A stretch of 64,000 nucleotides of DNA from Octopus vulgaris. Lineage: Eukaryota. The notes beneath the pieces are model-generated. The model was given only the letters and a program-made list of their open reading frames with translations. It had not been told where the DNA came from and searched no databases. Every line of letters begins with the position of its first letter. The first letter of the stretch is position 1. Location of the stretch: contig OX597826.1 of assembly GCA_951406725.2 (NCBI GenBank), positions 12,958,001 to 13,022,000 of the forward strand, written 5' to 3'. The translations under genes were made by a program, and so were the position numbers. This document shows, one piece after another, positions 39,271-52,325 of the stretch.

Positions 39271-39664
39271 AATAATTCTAATTTTGGCACAAGGCCAGCA
39301 ATTGTGAGGTGGTGGTGGTGGAAGTAAATCACATCAACCCAGTGCTCAAATTATTGGCCCTGAAAGGATTGGAATTCAATATAAAGATGATTGAAATGCA
39401 GTGAAACATCATGTCTGGTGTGCTTGAAAATTCTGCCAGCTCACCACCATAATAATAATTCTTTCTATTAGAGGCGAAAGACCTGAAATTTTGCAGGAGG
39501 GTGCAAGCCAATAATTTCAACCCCAGTGCTCAACTCATACTTATTTCATCAACCCCAAAAGGATGAAATGCAAAGTTGACCACAGCAGAATTCGAACTCA
39601 GAACTTAAAGACAGATGAAATGTTGTGAAGCACTTTGGCATGTTAATTCTGCCAGCTTGCCAAG

Positions 39665-40022
39665 GATGTACGAGTGGATGATAAAGAACTGAGAAAGATT
39701 GAGAAGTAGGAGCTACTGGAAAACAAGACTGCAAGGATGCAGGCGATGAGAAAAGTAACTGTCATCCCAGTAGTTGTAGAAGCATTGGAAGCATTAAAAA
39801 CCAGAAATTTGTTGGAGAAATTGGGGTTGGCATGAGGGTAGAACATGCTCAGAAAACTGCTTCATTGAGGATAGCAAGAATTTTGAGATTGGTACTTGAA
39901 TGTTAAGTATCGTAGAAGAAGACATTGTGAGACCGTTAACGACAGGTTATTGACCATCCTTACAGAATTAGCCAGAGCAAACAAAATCAAGAGCTCTGAG
40001 AAGTGAAATGACAATAATAATA
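39665..40022 (+). mobile_element. R4/Dong-like 3' fragment
   Basis: KVTVIPVVVEALEA..VEHAQKTASLRIARILRLVLEC*, followed by a short UTR and AATAATAAT. Confidence 0.65.
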
Positions 40023-40034
40023 AAAACTTCTCAC

Positions 40035-40193
40035 CTGTTTTTCCCTGAAAGAACGCTTGTTTTTCTTGCCTAAAAGTTTGTGCTTGACCATCATGAAGTT
40101 CTTGTTTCTCTTCTTTTCCTTGTTAGTTGAACTGGCATTGGGATTTCGCTTCGGACGTGCTTTACCAAATTGTTCTCTCTCGGTCTTTCCAGC
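40035..40193 (-). CDS. SDAD1: SDA1 homolog, penultimate coding exon
   Basis: [53 protein letters not shown], carrying the SDA1 C-terminal [20 protein letters not shown] signature. CAG/GTGAG; 159 nt. Confidence 0.95.
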
Positions 40194-41502
40194 CTGAATA
40201 TAGAGATTAAGACAAAAGCAAAAATGTGTTATTCTTTGTTCAGGAGACGACCCCTCCCACCAAGTTGCCACTCCTTTAGAATCAACACTAACAAGTAATT
40301 CTTTTATGCCACAACCACATTACAAAGTGTTTTTTCTTATAAACATCCATCATCATCATCATCATCAATGTCTGTTTTCCATGCTGGCATAGAATGGACT
40401 GTTTGACGGGTGATGGCAGGCTGGAGGGGTTTACCAGGCTCCAGTCATCTGTTTTGGCATGGTTTCTACGACTGGTTACACCTCTCAATGCCAATGCAAC
40501 AAAAAAATAATGAATAATGAACTTATTGCATACAGCACTCAGGTGCACCACAACTCACCAGAAATAGAAGTCAAAAGTGCATGAATGGAGAGGAGACCCC
40601 CTTCGGTCATGACTGACCATGGGATTGCACCTAGAAAGTTACTCTCCCAAGCACAAGTCCAGGTAAGGTTGTTTATGAAAGACCCATGCATACTGGCCTC
40701 CCCTCTCCATGCCACCAGTGTTATCCAAGGGAAAGGCAAAGGGGCCGATTCAGCTTGGCACCTGTGACGTCGCAATTCATTTCTACAGTTGAGCGAACTG
40801 GAGCATCGTGAAATAAAGTGTCTTGCTCAAGAACACAACGCGCAGCCCGGTCCGGGATTTAAACTCACAACCTCACGATCGTAAGCTCAACACTCTAACC
40901 AGTGCATGAATAGTACATAGAATAATACATAGAAAGTGAGGCGTTTAAGGTAAAAAAAAAAGGGGGGGGGGGGTATCAGGAAGCATGGCAGTTTTGAAGG
41001 ATACAGTGTCCCATTAATGAAGATGCATGGCACAGTGGTTAGAACATCGGGCTCACAATCACAGTGGGTTTAAACCCAAAACCACCTGGTTGCTAACTGA
41101 GCTTCATAATGACACAGCCATACCTGCACTTATATACTTCAGAAATATGCCATCTATTAATGTCAAGTTCTTCCCATTTCATTGTATTGTTTATGTTTAG
41201 GAATTCCAAAAAACATTCATGAAAATCTGATTACATTTATCAAAATACAGCATAAATGTCATTGCACTACAATCCATTATTTCAATATTTATATTTTACA
41301 ATAGAAATTCATAAAATGCAACTTAACCATTTTGAACATAGCATAGAAGTGGCTGTGTGGTAAGTAGCTTGCTTGTGAACCACATAGTCCCGGGTTCAGT
41401 CCCACTGTGTGGCACCTTGGGCAGGTGTCTTCTGCTATAGCCTTGAGCCAACCAAAGCCTTGTGAGGGGATTTGGTAGACAGAAACTGAAAGAAGCCCGT
41501 CG

Positions 41503-41546
<44 letters not shown>

Positions 41547-42550
41547 AACTGAAGGTTCAGTTTATAATACAATTTTACTGAACCTTGAGTTTTTTTTATA
41601 TGCTAGACCACTGGTGTGAAATCGATGTTAATTAAATTAATATCTAATTTCTCACCCTCATTTTAAATTTATATATATATGTGTATATGTGTGTATATGT
41701 GTTTGTCCCCCCAACATTGCTTGACAACCGATGCTGGTGTGCTTACGTCCCATAACTTAGCGGTTCGACAAAAGAGGCCGACAGAATAAGTACTAGACTT
41801 ACAAAGAATAAGTCCTGGGGTCGATTTGTTTGACTAAAGGCGGTGCTCCTGCATGGCCACAGTCAAATGACTGAAACAAGTAAAAGAGTAAAGAGTATAG
41901 CTTAAAATTCCAGGATCCTTTATCTTTTCCTTGTTTCAGTAAATGGTCTGCAGCCATGCAGGGGTAGCAGCTTCAAGGGTTTTAGTTGAAGGTACTGACC
42001 CCGGAACTTATATTTTATTAAAGTCTGGTACTTATGCTATTGATTGTTTTGGTGAAGCCCACAAATTATGGAGATGTAAACAAACCAACACTGGATGCCA
42101 AGTAGAGCTGGGAGGAAACAAATAGAGGTACAATGACAAACAAGTGACACGAGTAGCTGTATGGTAAGTAGCTTGCTTACCAACCACATGGTTCCGGGTT
42201 CAGTCCTACTGCGTGGCACCTTGGGCAGGTGTCTTCTGCTATAACCCCGGGCCGACCAAAGCCTTGTGAGTGGATTTGGTAGACGGAAACTGAAAGAAGC
42301 CCGTCGTATATACGTATATATATGTGTGTGTGTGTTTGTGTATGTCTGTGTTTGTCTCTGGTGTGTTCATGTCCCTGTAACTTAGTGGTTCAGCAAAAAG
42401 AGACCGATAGAATAAGTACTAGGCCTACAAAGAATAAGTCCCAGGGTCGATTTGCTCAGCCAAAGGTGGTGCACCAGCATGGCCACAGTCAAATAACTGA
42501 AACAAGTAAAAGTGTAAAAGCGTATCGAAGTGAAGATTAAATCAACTTAC

Positions 42551-42635
42551 TTGGACTGTGGCGAGACGAGCTTCTTTGTCGTGCTTTCTCTTCTTATGAA
42601 TCATCTCAATCAAGGAAAGTTCAAGAATTTCTTTT
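42551..42635 (-). CDS. SDAD1: SDA1 homolog, coding exon
   Basis: (R)KEILELSLIEMIHKKRKHDKEARLATVQ, corresponding to [23 protein letters not shown]/GTAAG; 85 nt, phase 2 to 0. Confidence 0.92.
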
Positions 42636-42775
42636 CTGAAACACAAAGCAGGGAAAAATAAGGGAAATAAGAAAAAAAAAACATTATAGAAACAAAAGAA
42701 AATGGAGTCGCTACAGAGTCACTCAACCTGCCAGAAACAGCAGTCAAGTTTTTAAATTATACTCTACAGTCTTAA

Positions 42776-42994
42776 CCCTTTCGATACCAACCTGGCCGAA
42801 ACCGGCTCTGGCTCTGAGTACAAACGTCTTGTTTTCATAAGTTTTGAATTAAAATCTTCCACCAAACCTTAGTCACAATTTATGTTCCTGACACTAGCTT
42901 AAAAATAACAAAGTTATTTTACTAAATTCTTTGTTATATTTAAAGTAATTGAAATAAACACAGACCATCTCAATATAAATACAGTAATGAAAGG
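42776..42994. mobile_element. piggyBac-like MITE (right end eroded)
   Basis: Begins TTAA-CCCTTTCG and is nearly the same sequence as 61457-61677. Confidence 0.75.
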
Positions 42995-43172
42995 AAGGAC
43001 ACAATAGATAAAACAAGTTCATTATACATAAAAAATTGGAATGATTATGACAGGAATGCCACTGATACTAGGTTTGCCAAATATGGATTGACCTGGGGCT
43101 CTAAAAAGCAGCAACAATGGTAACTGCTCTATTGTTGGGTTGGGTTCCCTTTATCTTTTTACCCATTTATAT

Positions 43173-43733
43173 CAGTGGTTCTTAATCATTTTCTTACTCT
43201 AGTGGACCTCTGGTGGACACCCATAGGCATTATTCAATGTTTAAAAACTAATTTTATGGATACTTCTTTCAAAATTCCTGCTTTGATTTCGACACATTCA
43301 CACATGCCCTTGTGTAGTCTGGACAACGTAAACACGTTAGAGAAAGAAACTTGGTTATTTCTTGCAATATATACATAAAGGCGACGAGCTGGCAGAAACG
43401 TTAGCACGCCGGGCGAAATGCGTAGCCGTATTTCGTCTGCCGCTACGTTCTGAGTTCAAATTCCGGCGAGGTCGACTTTGCCTTTCATCCTTTTGGGGTT
43501 GATTTAAATAAGTACCAGTTACGCACTGGGGTTGATGTAATCGACTTAATCCGTTTGTCTGTCCTTGTTTGTCCCCTCTGTGTTTAGCCCTTTGTCGGTA
43601 GTAAAGAAATATATATACATCCCAAGCAGAAGTTTTTCTATGGACCCTTAATATACAGCTGTGGATCTCCAACTTAAGTATTTTGCTTGTGTGGACGCCC
43701 AGGGATCATATGGACCTTGGTTAAGAACTACTA
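43173..43733. mobile_element. hAT (Charlie-like) MITE carrying a SINE A insertion
   Basis: Termini CAGTGGTTCTTAA / TTAAGAACTACTA with an imperfect 8-bp TSD (ATTTATAT / GTCTATAT). Confidence 0.6.
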
Positions 43734-44764
43734 GTCTATATACTGTGATCTAAACATATATATTTCGTATCTGGATTTGGTTTGCAAGATTCTTTATATG
43801 AGTTCGTGTGTTGAAGCATATTCTGTTGTGTCTGGGGAGAGTTATTTTTTTTTGTGCTTTATGATTTAACACATTCACCAGTAAAAAAAAATATAAAAAT
43901 AAAAATAAGAATTAAGTGGAAATTTTACCAGTGAGTGTGTTAAATCATAAGGCACAAAAAGAAAATGACTCTCCCTAAACATATATATATATTGCTATGT
44001 AACTTTTACTCAAATAGACTAAATTTATGTTCATTCTAGAATGAATGGCACCTAAGCACCCTTCGAACATTGGGACTAGCAGAGGCAATAACAAGTATCC
44101 AAGACCTTTGGCAATATATTGAGCTTCAGAAGACCTGTCAGGCCAAGTGAGATTGAAGTCGTGGTCGGTGCCAGTGTTGTGTAAATGGCACCTGTGCCAG
44201 TAGCAGGTAAAACGCACCCATTACACTCTTGGAGTGGTTGGTGTTAGCAAGGGTGTCCAGCTGTGGAAACCATGCGAAATCAGATTGGAACCTGATACAG
44301 CTCGCAAGCTTACCAAGTTTTTTGAGTCAAGCCATTCAACCCATGCTAGCATGAAAAACTGATGGATGGTGATGATGATGATTTTACTGTTCGGCCTCAT
44401 CATCACTGTTTTACAGTCTACCTGTTCATGCTTGCATGGGTCAGATGGAATTTAGTAAGGTGGATTTCCCACACCTGGGTGCCTTTCCTGTCACTAACAC
44501 TCACCTGTTTCCAAGCAAGGTAATATTTGCCCCATGATGGGGACACCTGCTTACAACTATCATGCAATGCCAAGACAAGGAAACAGATACACACACACAC
44601 ACACATGCGCACACACACACACACAAATGCGCACACACACACACACACACATGCACGCGAATGCACACACACACACGCACAATGGGCTTCTTTCAGTTTC
44701 TGTCACCAAATCCACTCACAAGCCTTGGGTGGCTTTGGGTTATAGAAGGCCCTTGTCCACGGTG

Positions 44765-45300
44765 CCAGTGAAGGAGGATGTTCTGAAATAACAGTTGCTG
44801 GATTAAAAATAGGAAGGAAGAAATCCAGAGAGACATAACCTCTGCTGGCAACAAAAGGTCCCTCTTTCCAAATGAAAAATAGATCATATGATGCTTGTGT
44901 ACAAACAGCAAAGTTAGATGGTTGTGAGACATGGTTCTTGAATGAGGGGGGCATGGAAAGACTCGAGAGGAATGAAACTGGTATGCTCTGTTGAATGTGT
45001 GGTATCAATGGGTGTGTACAACAAAGTACTAATGTATTTAGAGTGAAAAAAATTAGGCAAAAGAGTAATCTGATGTAGTGTGCTGGTGTGGTCATGTGAT
45101 ATGTATGGATGGGGACAGCTGGACAAAGGAGCACTAGGGACAGAAATTGGATGGATCTTGTGGGAGAGGGAGACCTTAGAAGACATGGGATGAAGTGGTG
45201 AAAGCTGATGAAGATGCTGAATCTTACAGAGATGACAAAAGACTGAGATGATTGGTAATTTGTTGTGCTTCAGTAGACCCATCCTTCAGAGCAGAAATGA
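44765..45300 (+). mobile_element. RTE-clade LINE, decayed C-terminal fragment
   Basis: YDACVQTAKLDGCETW..MERLERNETGMLC*MCG, the RTE LYGSETW..RMLRWMCG region. Confidence 0.75.
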
Positions 45301-47465
45301 CATACTTAAACCACCAAGGTTTTGCTTGTATGTGGGAGTCCTGCTCCAACCTTTCTCTCAGCTCTCTCTCAAGTATTTCCCTGACATCTCATCTCTTAAC
45401 ACCCACCACTTTTCCCTCTGTGATACTTCTTGGCTGATGTAATCATCTCAGAGTAGGAATAAGCACACATTTCATCCTCTTCTCTTCTGGCTACTTCCAT
45501 AACTCCACCCCCCACCCCCCGAACCACTTCCATTTCTCATTACCATCTCTGCCCATACCATTTCCACCAATCATTTCCTTTCTGTGCCTTCAGTCACTGC
45601 TTTCTCTCTCTCTCTCTCTCCCCTTCTATACTCCATTCTTAACACCTCTCTTATCTGCTATCACTCTCAATGCCCACTTATATCAACCATCACGACCTAC
45701 ATACCATAGACTGCCCCTCACCCTACCGAACCACTCCTCTCTCACCATTTACTTCTACCTCCATTTCTAAACCATCTCCGATCATGCTTTTATAAACCCC
45801 CGCCCTCACTCACGATCCACTTTCCACATCCTGTCACCAGCATTTGTCTTCTTTCCAGCTGCTCACAACACCTCTTAGATAACGTGGTGTAGTTTTGTAT
45901 CTCCTGAACAGGGCACTTGGGTTTGTCCTTCCTTCACACACAAGCACCTGCAACACCTGGCAAAAACCCTGCTCAAATACTAATACTAACCCCTTCATTT
46001 ACTCAAGCAGGCTCTTTTCTTTTACCCCTACTTTTCCTTCTCTTCCTTTTCTTTTCTTATCTCACAGTCAGTCACTTAGCAACCTCATTAATGCCAGAGG
46101 GGTGTAAGGGCATGAAAATAGCACCCAGTACACTCTCCAAAGTGGTTGGTGTTAAGGTCATCCAGCTGTAGATACCAAGCCAAAGCTGACATTGGAGATC
46201 TCTGCAACCCTGCAGCTTACCAGGTCCTGCAAAGCCATCCACAGCAGCTAGAAAAATAAATGTTAAATGTAGGAATGGCTGTATAGTAAGAAGCTTGCTT
46301 CCCAACAACCACATGGTTCCGGGTTCAGTCCCACTGTGTGGCACCTTGGACATGTGACTTCTACTATAGCCTTGGGCCGACCAAAGCATTGAGTGGATTT
46401 GGTAGATGATGTGTGTGTGTTTGTCCCCACCAACATCGCTTGACAACCGATGCTGGTGTGTTTACGTCCCCGTCACTTAGCGGTTTGGCAAAAGAGACAG
46501 ATAGAATAAGTACTAGGCTGGCAAGGAATAAGTCCTGGGGTCGATTTGCTCGACTAAAGGTGGTGCTCCAGCATGGCCGCAGTCAAATGACTGAGACAAT
46601 TGAAAGAGTAAAAGAGTACTGACATATGCACACACACACACACATTTGAGTGTACAAATAGGGAAAAAATAAAGCAAAAGAAAGTAATGATTACATGCGC
46701 CATAGTTTATTAACTTGTTCAAAGCCAAAGGCATGTAATAATCGTACACACACAATACATATGAGAAGGATGAAAAAAAAGGAAGCATGATAAAGATCAC
46801 ACACACACACACACACACACGTAAGTTAAGAGAAAAAAAAAATGTAGAGAGAGAAATTAAACATAGGACAGACAGACAGACTTCGTAGTGTGAGTCAATA
46901 ATGTAGATAACATAGAAGAGAAGATCATGCACCTAATAATTACTTTATGAAAGATTGGAAATAAAAAACAAAAAAAGAAATATTGTTGGTTATAACTATT
47001 TTGCAAGGCAGAGGTGGAGACGGGGGTAAGTTTTCTTCGTGAGTATAGAGTTACAAATTTTCTTTTTCTGCTTTTTCTGATTTCCTTTTTTGGGGTTTTT
47101 TTTTTCTTTCTTTTTCTTGACAGTGTATCGGGGTGGAGGTGTGTTTAGGAGAGTGTGAGGGAAGATTGGTTAGAAATGAGAGTAGAAGAATAAGAAAAGA
47201 ACGACGGTGAGAGAGGAGTCGTTCGTGGGGGTGGGGCGGGTGCTCTATGGTATTTTTATTTTTTTCATTTTTCTTCTGACAATGCAAGGTTAATACAAAT
47301 TAAAATAATTAATTGAATCCTTGGAAATATACTTATTTAGTATTTGTTTGCTCTTTATTCATCATCATCATCATTTAACGTCCACATTCTATCACGACTG
47401 TTACTGCCGCCATCATCATCATCATCTTCAGTGAGTTCTTAAGTTATGAATTTAGCATAAAAATT

Positions 47466-48070
47466 TATTTCTTTACTACCCACAAGAGGCTAAACACAGA
47501 GGGGACAAACAAGGACAGACAAACGGATTAAGTCGATTACATCGACCCCAGTGCGTAACTGGTACTTATTTAAATCAATCCCAAAAGGATGAAAGGCAAA
47601 GCCGACCTCGGCGGAATTTGAACTCAGAACGTAACGGCAAACGAAATACCTATTTCTTTATTACCCACAAAGGGCTAAACACAGAGGGGACAAACAAGGA
47701 CAGACAAACGGATTAAGTCGATTACATCGATCCCAGTGCGTAACTGGTACTTATTTAAATCAACTCCCAAAAGGATGAAAGGCAAAGCCGACCTCGGCGG
47801 AATTTGAACTCAGAACGTAACGGCAAACGAAATACCTATTTCTTTATTACCCACAAAGGGCTAAACACAGAGGGGACAAACAAGGACAGACAAATGGATT
47901 AAGTCGATTACATCGACCCCAGTGCGTAACTGGTACTTATTTAAATCAACACCAAAAGGATGAAAGGCAAAGTCGACCTCGGCGGAATTTGAACTCAGAA
48001 CGTAACGGCAGACTAAATACCGCTAAGCATTTCGCCCGGCATGCTAACGGTTCTGCCAGCTCACCACCTT
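47466..48070 (-). mobile_element. Head-to-tail trimer of SINE A (186-bp period)
   Basis: Junctions GAAATACC|TATTTCTT at 47650 and 47836, a single head at ~48070, and an imperfect TSD ATTTAGCATAA.AATT. Confidence 0.9.
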
Positions 48071-49978
48071 GGGATTTAGCATAATAATTATGATGACGTC
48101 TACAATCCATTAGCAACAGAGATGAATCACCTATAAGTCTGCTTTGTAAAAAAAATATTCCTCAAAACATTGATGTAGCTGTCATCAACAAATAAAGCAT
48201 CTGTGAAGTCGTGTGGCTTAGTGGTTAGATTATTCAGCTCACAATCATAAGGTAGTGAGTTCAATACCTGGTGGCATGAAATGTCCTTGAGCAAGACACT
48301 TCATTTCACATTGTTCCAGTTCACTTAACTGGCAAAAATGAGTAACATCATATAAGTATTTCAAACGGTCATTCTGTGTGTTACATTCCATGTGATACCG
48401 AATCTCCCAGAACATAGCAGCAGACGAAATACCGCTAAGCATTTCGCCTAGCATGCTAACGTTTCTGCCAGCTCGCCGCCTTTGACGGTCATTCTTGGTG
48501 ACCAACCATTACAAACACAACCAGAATTACATCCCAAGGGTAAAGCTTCTTCCTCCCCAGGACCAGAATATATTTCCTTTTGTTTAACCCTTTAGCATTC
48601 AGATTACTCTGTCAAATGTGATACTTATTAAGGGTATGCGTGTCTGTGGAGTAATCAGCCATGTGCTCATTAATTTCATGAACAGGTTGTTCCGTCGATT
48701 AGATCCAAGTGGAACACTTGTTGCCATAATCAACAGAGCACCAGTTATTTTTTTACTTTTCGCTTCACTGGCACCTGTGTCGGTGGCACGTATAAAAAGA
48801 TTCGAGCGAGGTTATTGCCAGTACCGCCTGACTGGTCCCTGTGCAGGTGGCATGTAAAAAACACCTACTACACTCTCGGAGTGGTTGGCGTTAGGAAGGG
48901 CATCCAGCTGTAGAAACTCTGCCAGATCAAGACTGGAGCCTGGTGCAGCCATCTGGTTCGCCAGCCCTCAGTCAAAACCGTCCAACCCATGCTAGCATGG
49001 AAAACGGACGTTAAATGATGATGATGATAAAGTATCTACCATATGCACAGGTCACTGTTCTCACACATGCAGCCATGATTATTAAAGCAAGGAAAAAAAT
49101 TACAGTAGATAATAAACAAAGATAGGACTTTAAGAGACCTTATATGGTAATATAGGTCCAAAGTTAATAAGAAACTCTAAGTAGTTCAGTAGGTATGCAG
49201 TTGATAGTCTTTAATTTGCAATTAAAATTTCTGAAAACCTTCCAAATAGGAAATAGCTTTGAGTGAGAAAAACACTACAAAAGAGTAATTCCTGGAATTT
49301 TCACTTTCAACAAAACATTCTTATACAGATGATATCACCCTGCACACAAGTGTCAGCCACGTGCAACCTAGACATTTCACAACCAGACGTGCCTGTACAT
49401 ATCCTGGGCTCCACCCTACACAACCAAACCCATTAACCTTATCACTTTGTCCTTCCCTTTCTTACTAATTCACTTACCTTTCACCTGCCCCAGTCCTCAG
49501 TTACATTAACAGCGTTTACCCTTAACAGCGGCGAGCTGGCAGAAACGTTAACACACCAGGCGAAATGCTTTGTGGTATTCCGTTTGCCGTTACGTTCTGA
49601 GTTCAAATTCCGCCGAGGTCGACTTTGCCTTTCATCCTTTTGGTGTCAATTAATTAAGTACCAGTTACGCACTGGGGTCGATATAATCGACTTAATCCAT
49701 TTGTCTGTCCTTGTTTGTCCCCTCTGTGTCCAGCCCCTAGTGGGCAATAAAGAAATAAACAGGGTTTACCCTGTCAACTTTCTCCAATACCATTCTGAAT
49801 TGTTTGAAAGGGTTAAAATAGAAAATTCCAAATCATCCACCAATGGAGTGTTAACAACAGCATCTCTTCCGAAAGTAGGCAAAAGAAAACCATTCCACTC
49901 CAAGACTACACCTTATCTTCTCTTCATCAACACATAATAAAACCCCTCAAACTCTCCACAACCTCTGTCGGTCATTCT

Positions 49979-50394
49979 TATTTCTTTATTGCCCACAAGG
50001 GGCTACACACAGAGGGGACAAACAAGGACAGACAAAGGAATTAAGTCGACTATATTGACCCCAGTGCATAATTGGTATTTAATTTATTGACCCCGAAAGG
50101 ATGAAAAGCAAAGTCGACCTTGGCGGAATTTGAACCCAGAATGTAGTGGCAGACGAAATACCTATTTCTTTACTACCGACAAGGGGCTAAACACAGAGGG
50201 GACGAACAAGGACAGGCAAATGGATTAAGTCGATTACATCGACCCCAGTGCATAACTGGTACTTGATTTATTGACCCCGAAAGGATGAAAAGCAAAGTCA
50301 ACCTCGGCAGAATTTGAACTCAGAATGTAACGGCAGATGAAATACCGCTAAGCATTTCGCCTGCCGCGCTAACGTTTCTGCCAGCTCGCCGCTT
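49979..50394 (-). mobile_element. Head-to-tail dimer of SINE A
   Basis: Same junction at 50162; TSD CGGTCA(T/C)TCTT. Confidence 0.85.
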
Positions 50395-50500
50395 TTGACG
50401 GTCACTCTTGGTGACCGACCATTACAAACACTACCAGAATTACATCCCAAGGGTAAAGCTTCTTCCTCCCCAGGACCAGAAAATATTTCCTTCTGTTTAA

Positions 50501-50708
50501 CCCTTTAACATTCAGATTACTCTGCCAAATGCGATACATATTTATTCACAATGCTTTGAATTATTCAGCTTCAAGATTTCAATGATGTGCTTGTGTATAT
50601 TTTTAGAATGACATTGTAAAGTAAGTGAGAGAGGCCAGATCTGACCAGTTTGAGCATTAGACAGGAAGAATATTTGCGTTGGATATGACCAGTTTAAATA
50701 CTAAAAGG
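50501..50708. mobile_element. piggyBac-like MITE, second family
   Basis: TTAA CCCTTTAACATT..AATACTAAAAGG TTAA. A reverse-oriented, interrupted copy lies at ~60332-61077. Confidence 0.65.
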
Positions 50709-50836
50709 TTAATTGTTGAATATTTGTACCACTTTTAAAAAAGCAATTTATAATCGTGGAAAGAGAATCCAAAGTAGATCTTAGTCACTGCTTAAAAGAC
50801 AAAATGGTCAAAGAACATGAATTAATTGGGGCTTAC

Positions 50837-51084
50837 CTTGGTGCCAGCTCTTTTTCAAGAGCTTCATCAGCACGCTTCCTCTTGCGTTTCTGTACAGGAT
50901 CCAATTGCTTCTTCACCAAAGCATGGTTGATCTTCTCAAAGTCAATCTCTGTAAAAATCCTTGTATCTGATATTTGCAAAGCAGATTGTTTCTTCTCTTC
51001 CAGTTCCTGCTTGACCAAAACCTTTGCTTTTGAAACTTTTACTTTCTTCTGTTTGGTTTTGGTATCTTTTGGAACCTCAGATTT
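50837..51084 (-). CDS. SDAD1: SDA1 homolog, coding exon
   Basis: KSEVPKDTK..EEKKQSALQISDTRIFTEIDFEKINHALVKKQLDPVQKRKRK.., corresponding to AAAISTSRVLTQEDFQKI. TAG/GTAAG; 248 nt, phase 0 to 2. Confidence 0.92.
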
Positions 51085-51802
51085 CTAGAAGCAAAGGAAA
51101 GAAAATATCCATTTACAAATGAAAATTAATTGGTTTATGAAACTGGCCCCCAAAAAGATCAGAGTACATATTTATGCTAGCATGGTTCAGTGGATCTGAA
51201 TGACATCTACATAACTTGAAGGAACATTTGTTTTGTGTGGTAAGTAGCTTGCTAACCAACCACATGGTTCCGGGTTCAGTCCTACTGCGTAGCATCTTGG
51301 GCAAGTGTCTTCTGCTGTAGCCCCGGGCCGACCAATGCCTTGTGAGTGGATTTAGTAGACGGAAACTGAAAGAAGCCCGTCGTATATATGTATATATATA
51401 TATGTATGTGTGTGTGTGTTTGTGTGTCTGTGTTTGTCCCCCTAGCATTGCTTGACAACCGATGCTGGTGTGTTTACGTCCCCGTCACTTAGCGGTTCGG
51501 CAAAAGAGACCGATAGAATAAGTACTGGGCTTACAAAGAATAAGTCCCGGGGTCGATTTGCTCAACTAAAGGCGGTGCTCCAGCATGGCCGCAGTCAAAT
51601 GACTGAAACAAGTAAACAAGTAAAGAGTATAGACTATATCTTGTTTAGACTTTTCGTCTTTTTAAAATTTTTAATAAGATAGAAGATGGATCAGTGAATA
51701 TCAACTATGCAGGTCCTGTAAGACTGAAAAATAAAGCATTGTTAAAGGTTAATCCATTTGATCTCTCTCCCTCTCTTTTCCACATTTATTTAATTTTTCT
51801 TC

Positions 51803-52325
51803 ATATGCAGCATATAAGCTATTGGGAAAGACTCAAGAGATTAAGGCACTATTCCTTAGAGCATAGGCGAGAAAGATATGCCATAATATACATCTGGAAG
51901 GACTTGTCCCAAACTTTGGCATTGTGAGTTACACAAATACTAGAACTGGGCATCACTGCATAGTGCCAAGGACTCCAAATTTGCCATCAAGATGTAGGAC
52001 AAGATACTGCAATAGCCTGGGCTTCAGAGGTCTACAGCTCTTCAATATCCTCCCGAAGGACCTGAGAGACCTGCATGGGGTGGATGCGGATGTCTTCAAA
52101 ATAAAGCTGGACCTCTTCCTGTCAGGTGTCCCAGATGAACAAACTTCGCGGCAGGAGGTGCAGATGAGGGCAGCTGCATCGAACTCTCTCGTGCACCAAA
52201 TGTCAATTGCTAAAAAGCATTCGTGAAGTAAAAATCATGTAGCAACACCAAATGGCGGTGCCCCAGCATGGCCACAGCTCATGAGCTGAAACTAGATGAA
52301 ATGAAATGAAATGCAATGAAATGAA
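51803..52325 (+). mobile_element. CR1-like LINE 3' end with intact 3' tail
   Basis: SYWERLKRLRHYSLEHRRERYAIIYIWK..GLQLFNILPKDLR..FKIKLDLFLSGVPDE..SNSL, then a stem-loop tail and (TGAAA)n. Confidence 0.85.

Noticed and set aside
47466-48070. SINE A arrays as hammerhead retrozymes or CRISPR-like arrays
   Set aside because: There is no CUGANGA core on either strand, and the units are contiguous with no unique spacers.
51145-51215. Possible C/D snoRNA about 65 nt upstream of an SDA1 acceptor
   Set aside because: The position is suggestive and two CTGA boxes exist, but there is no convincing C box or guide.
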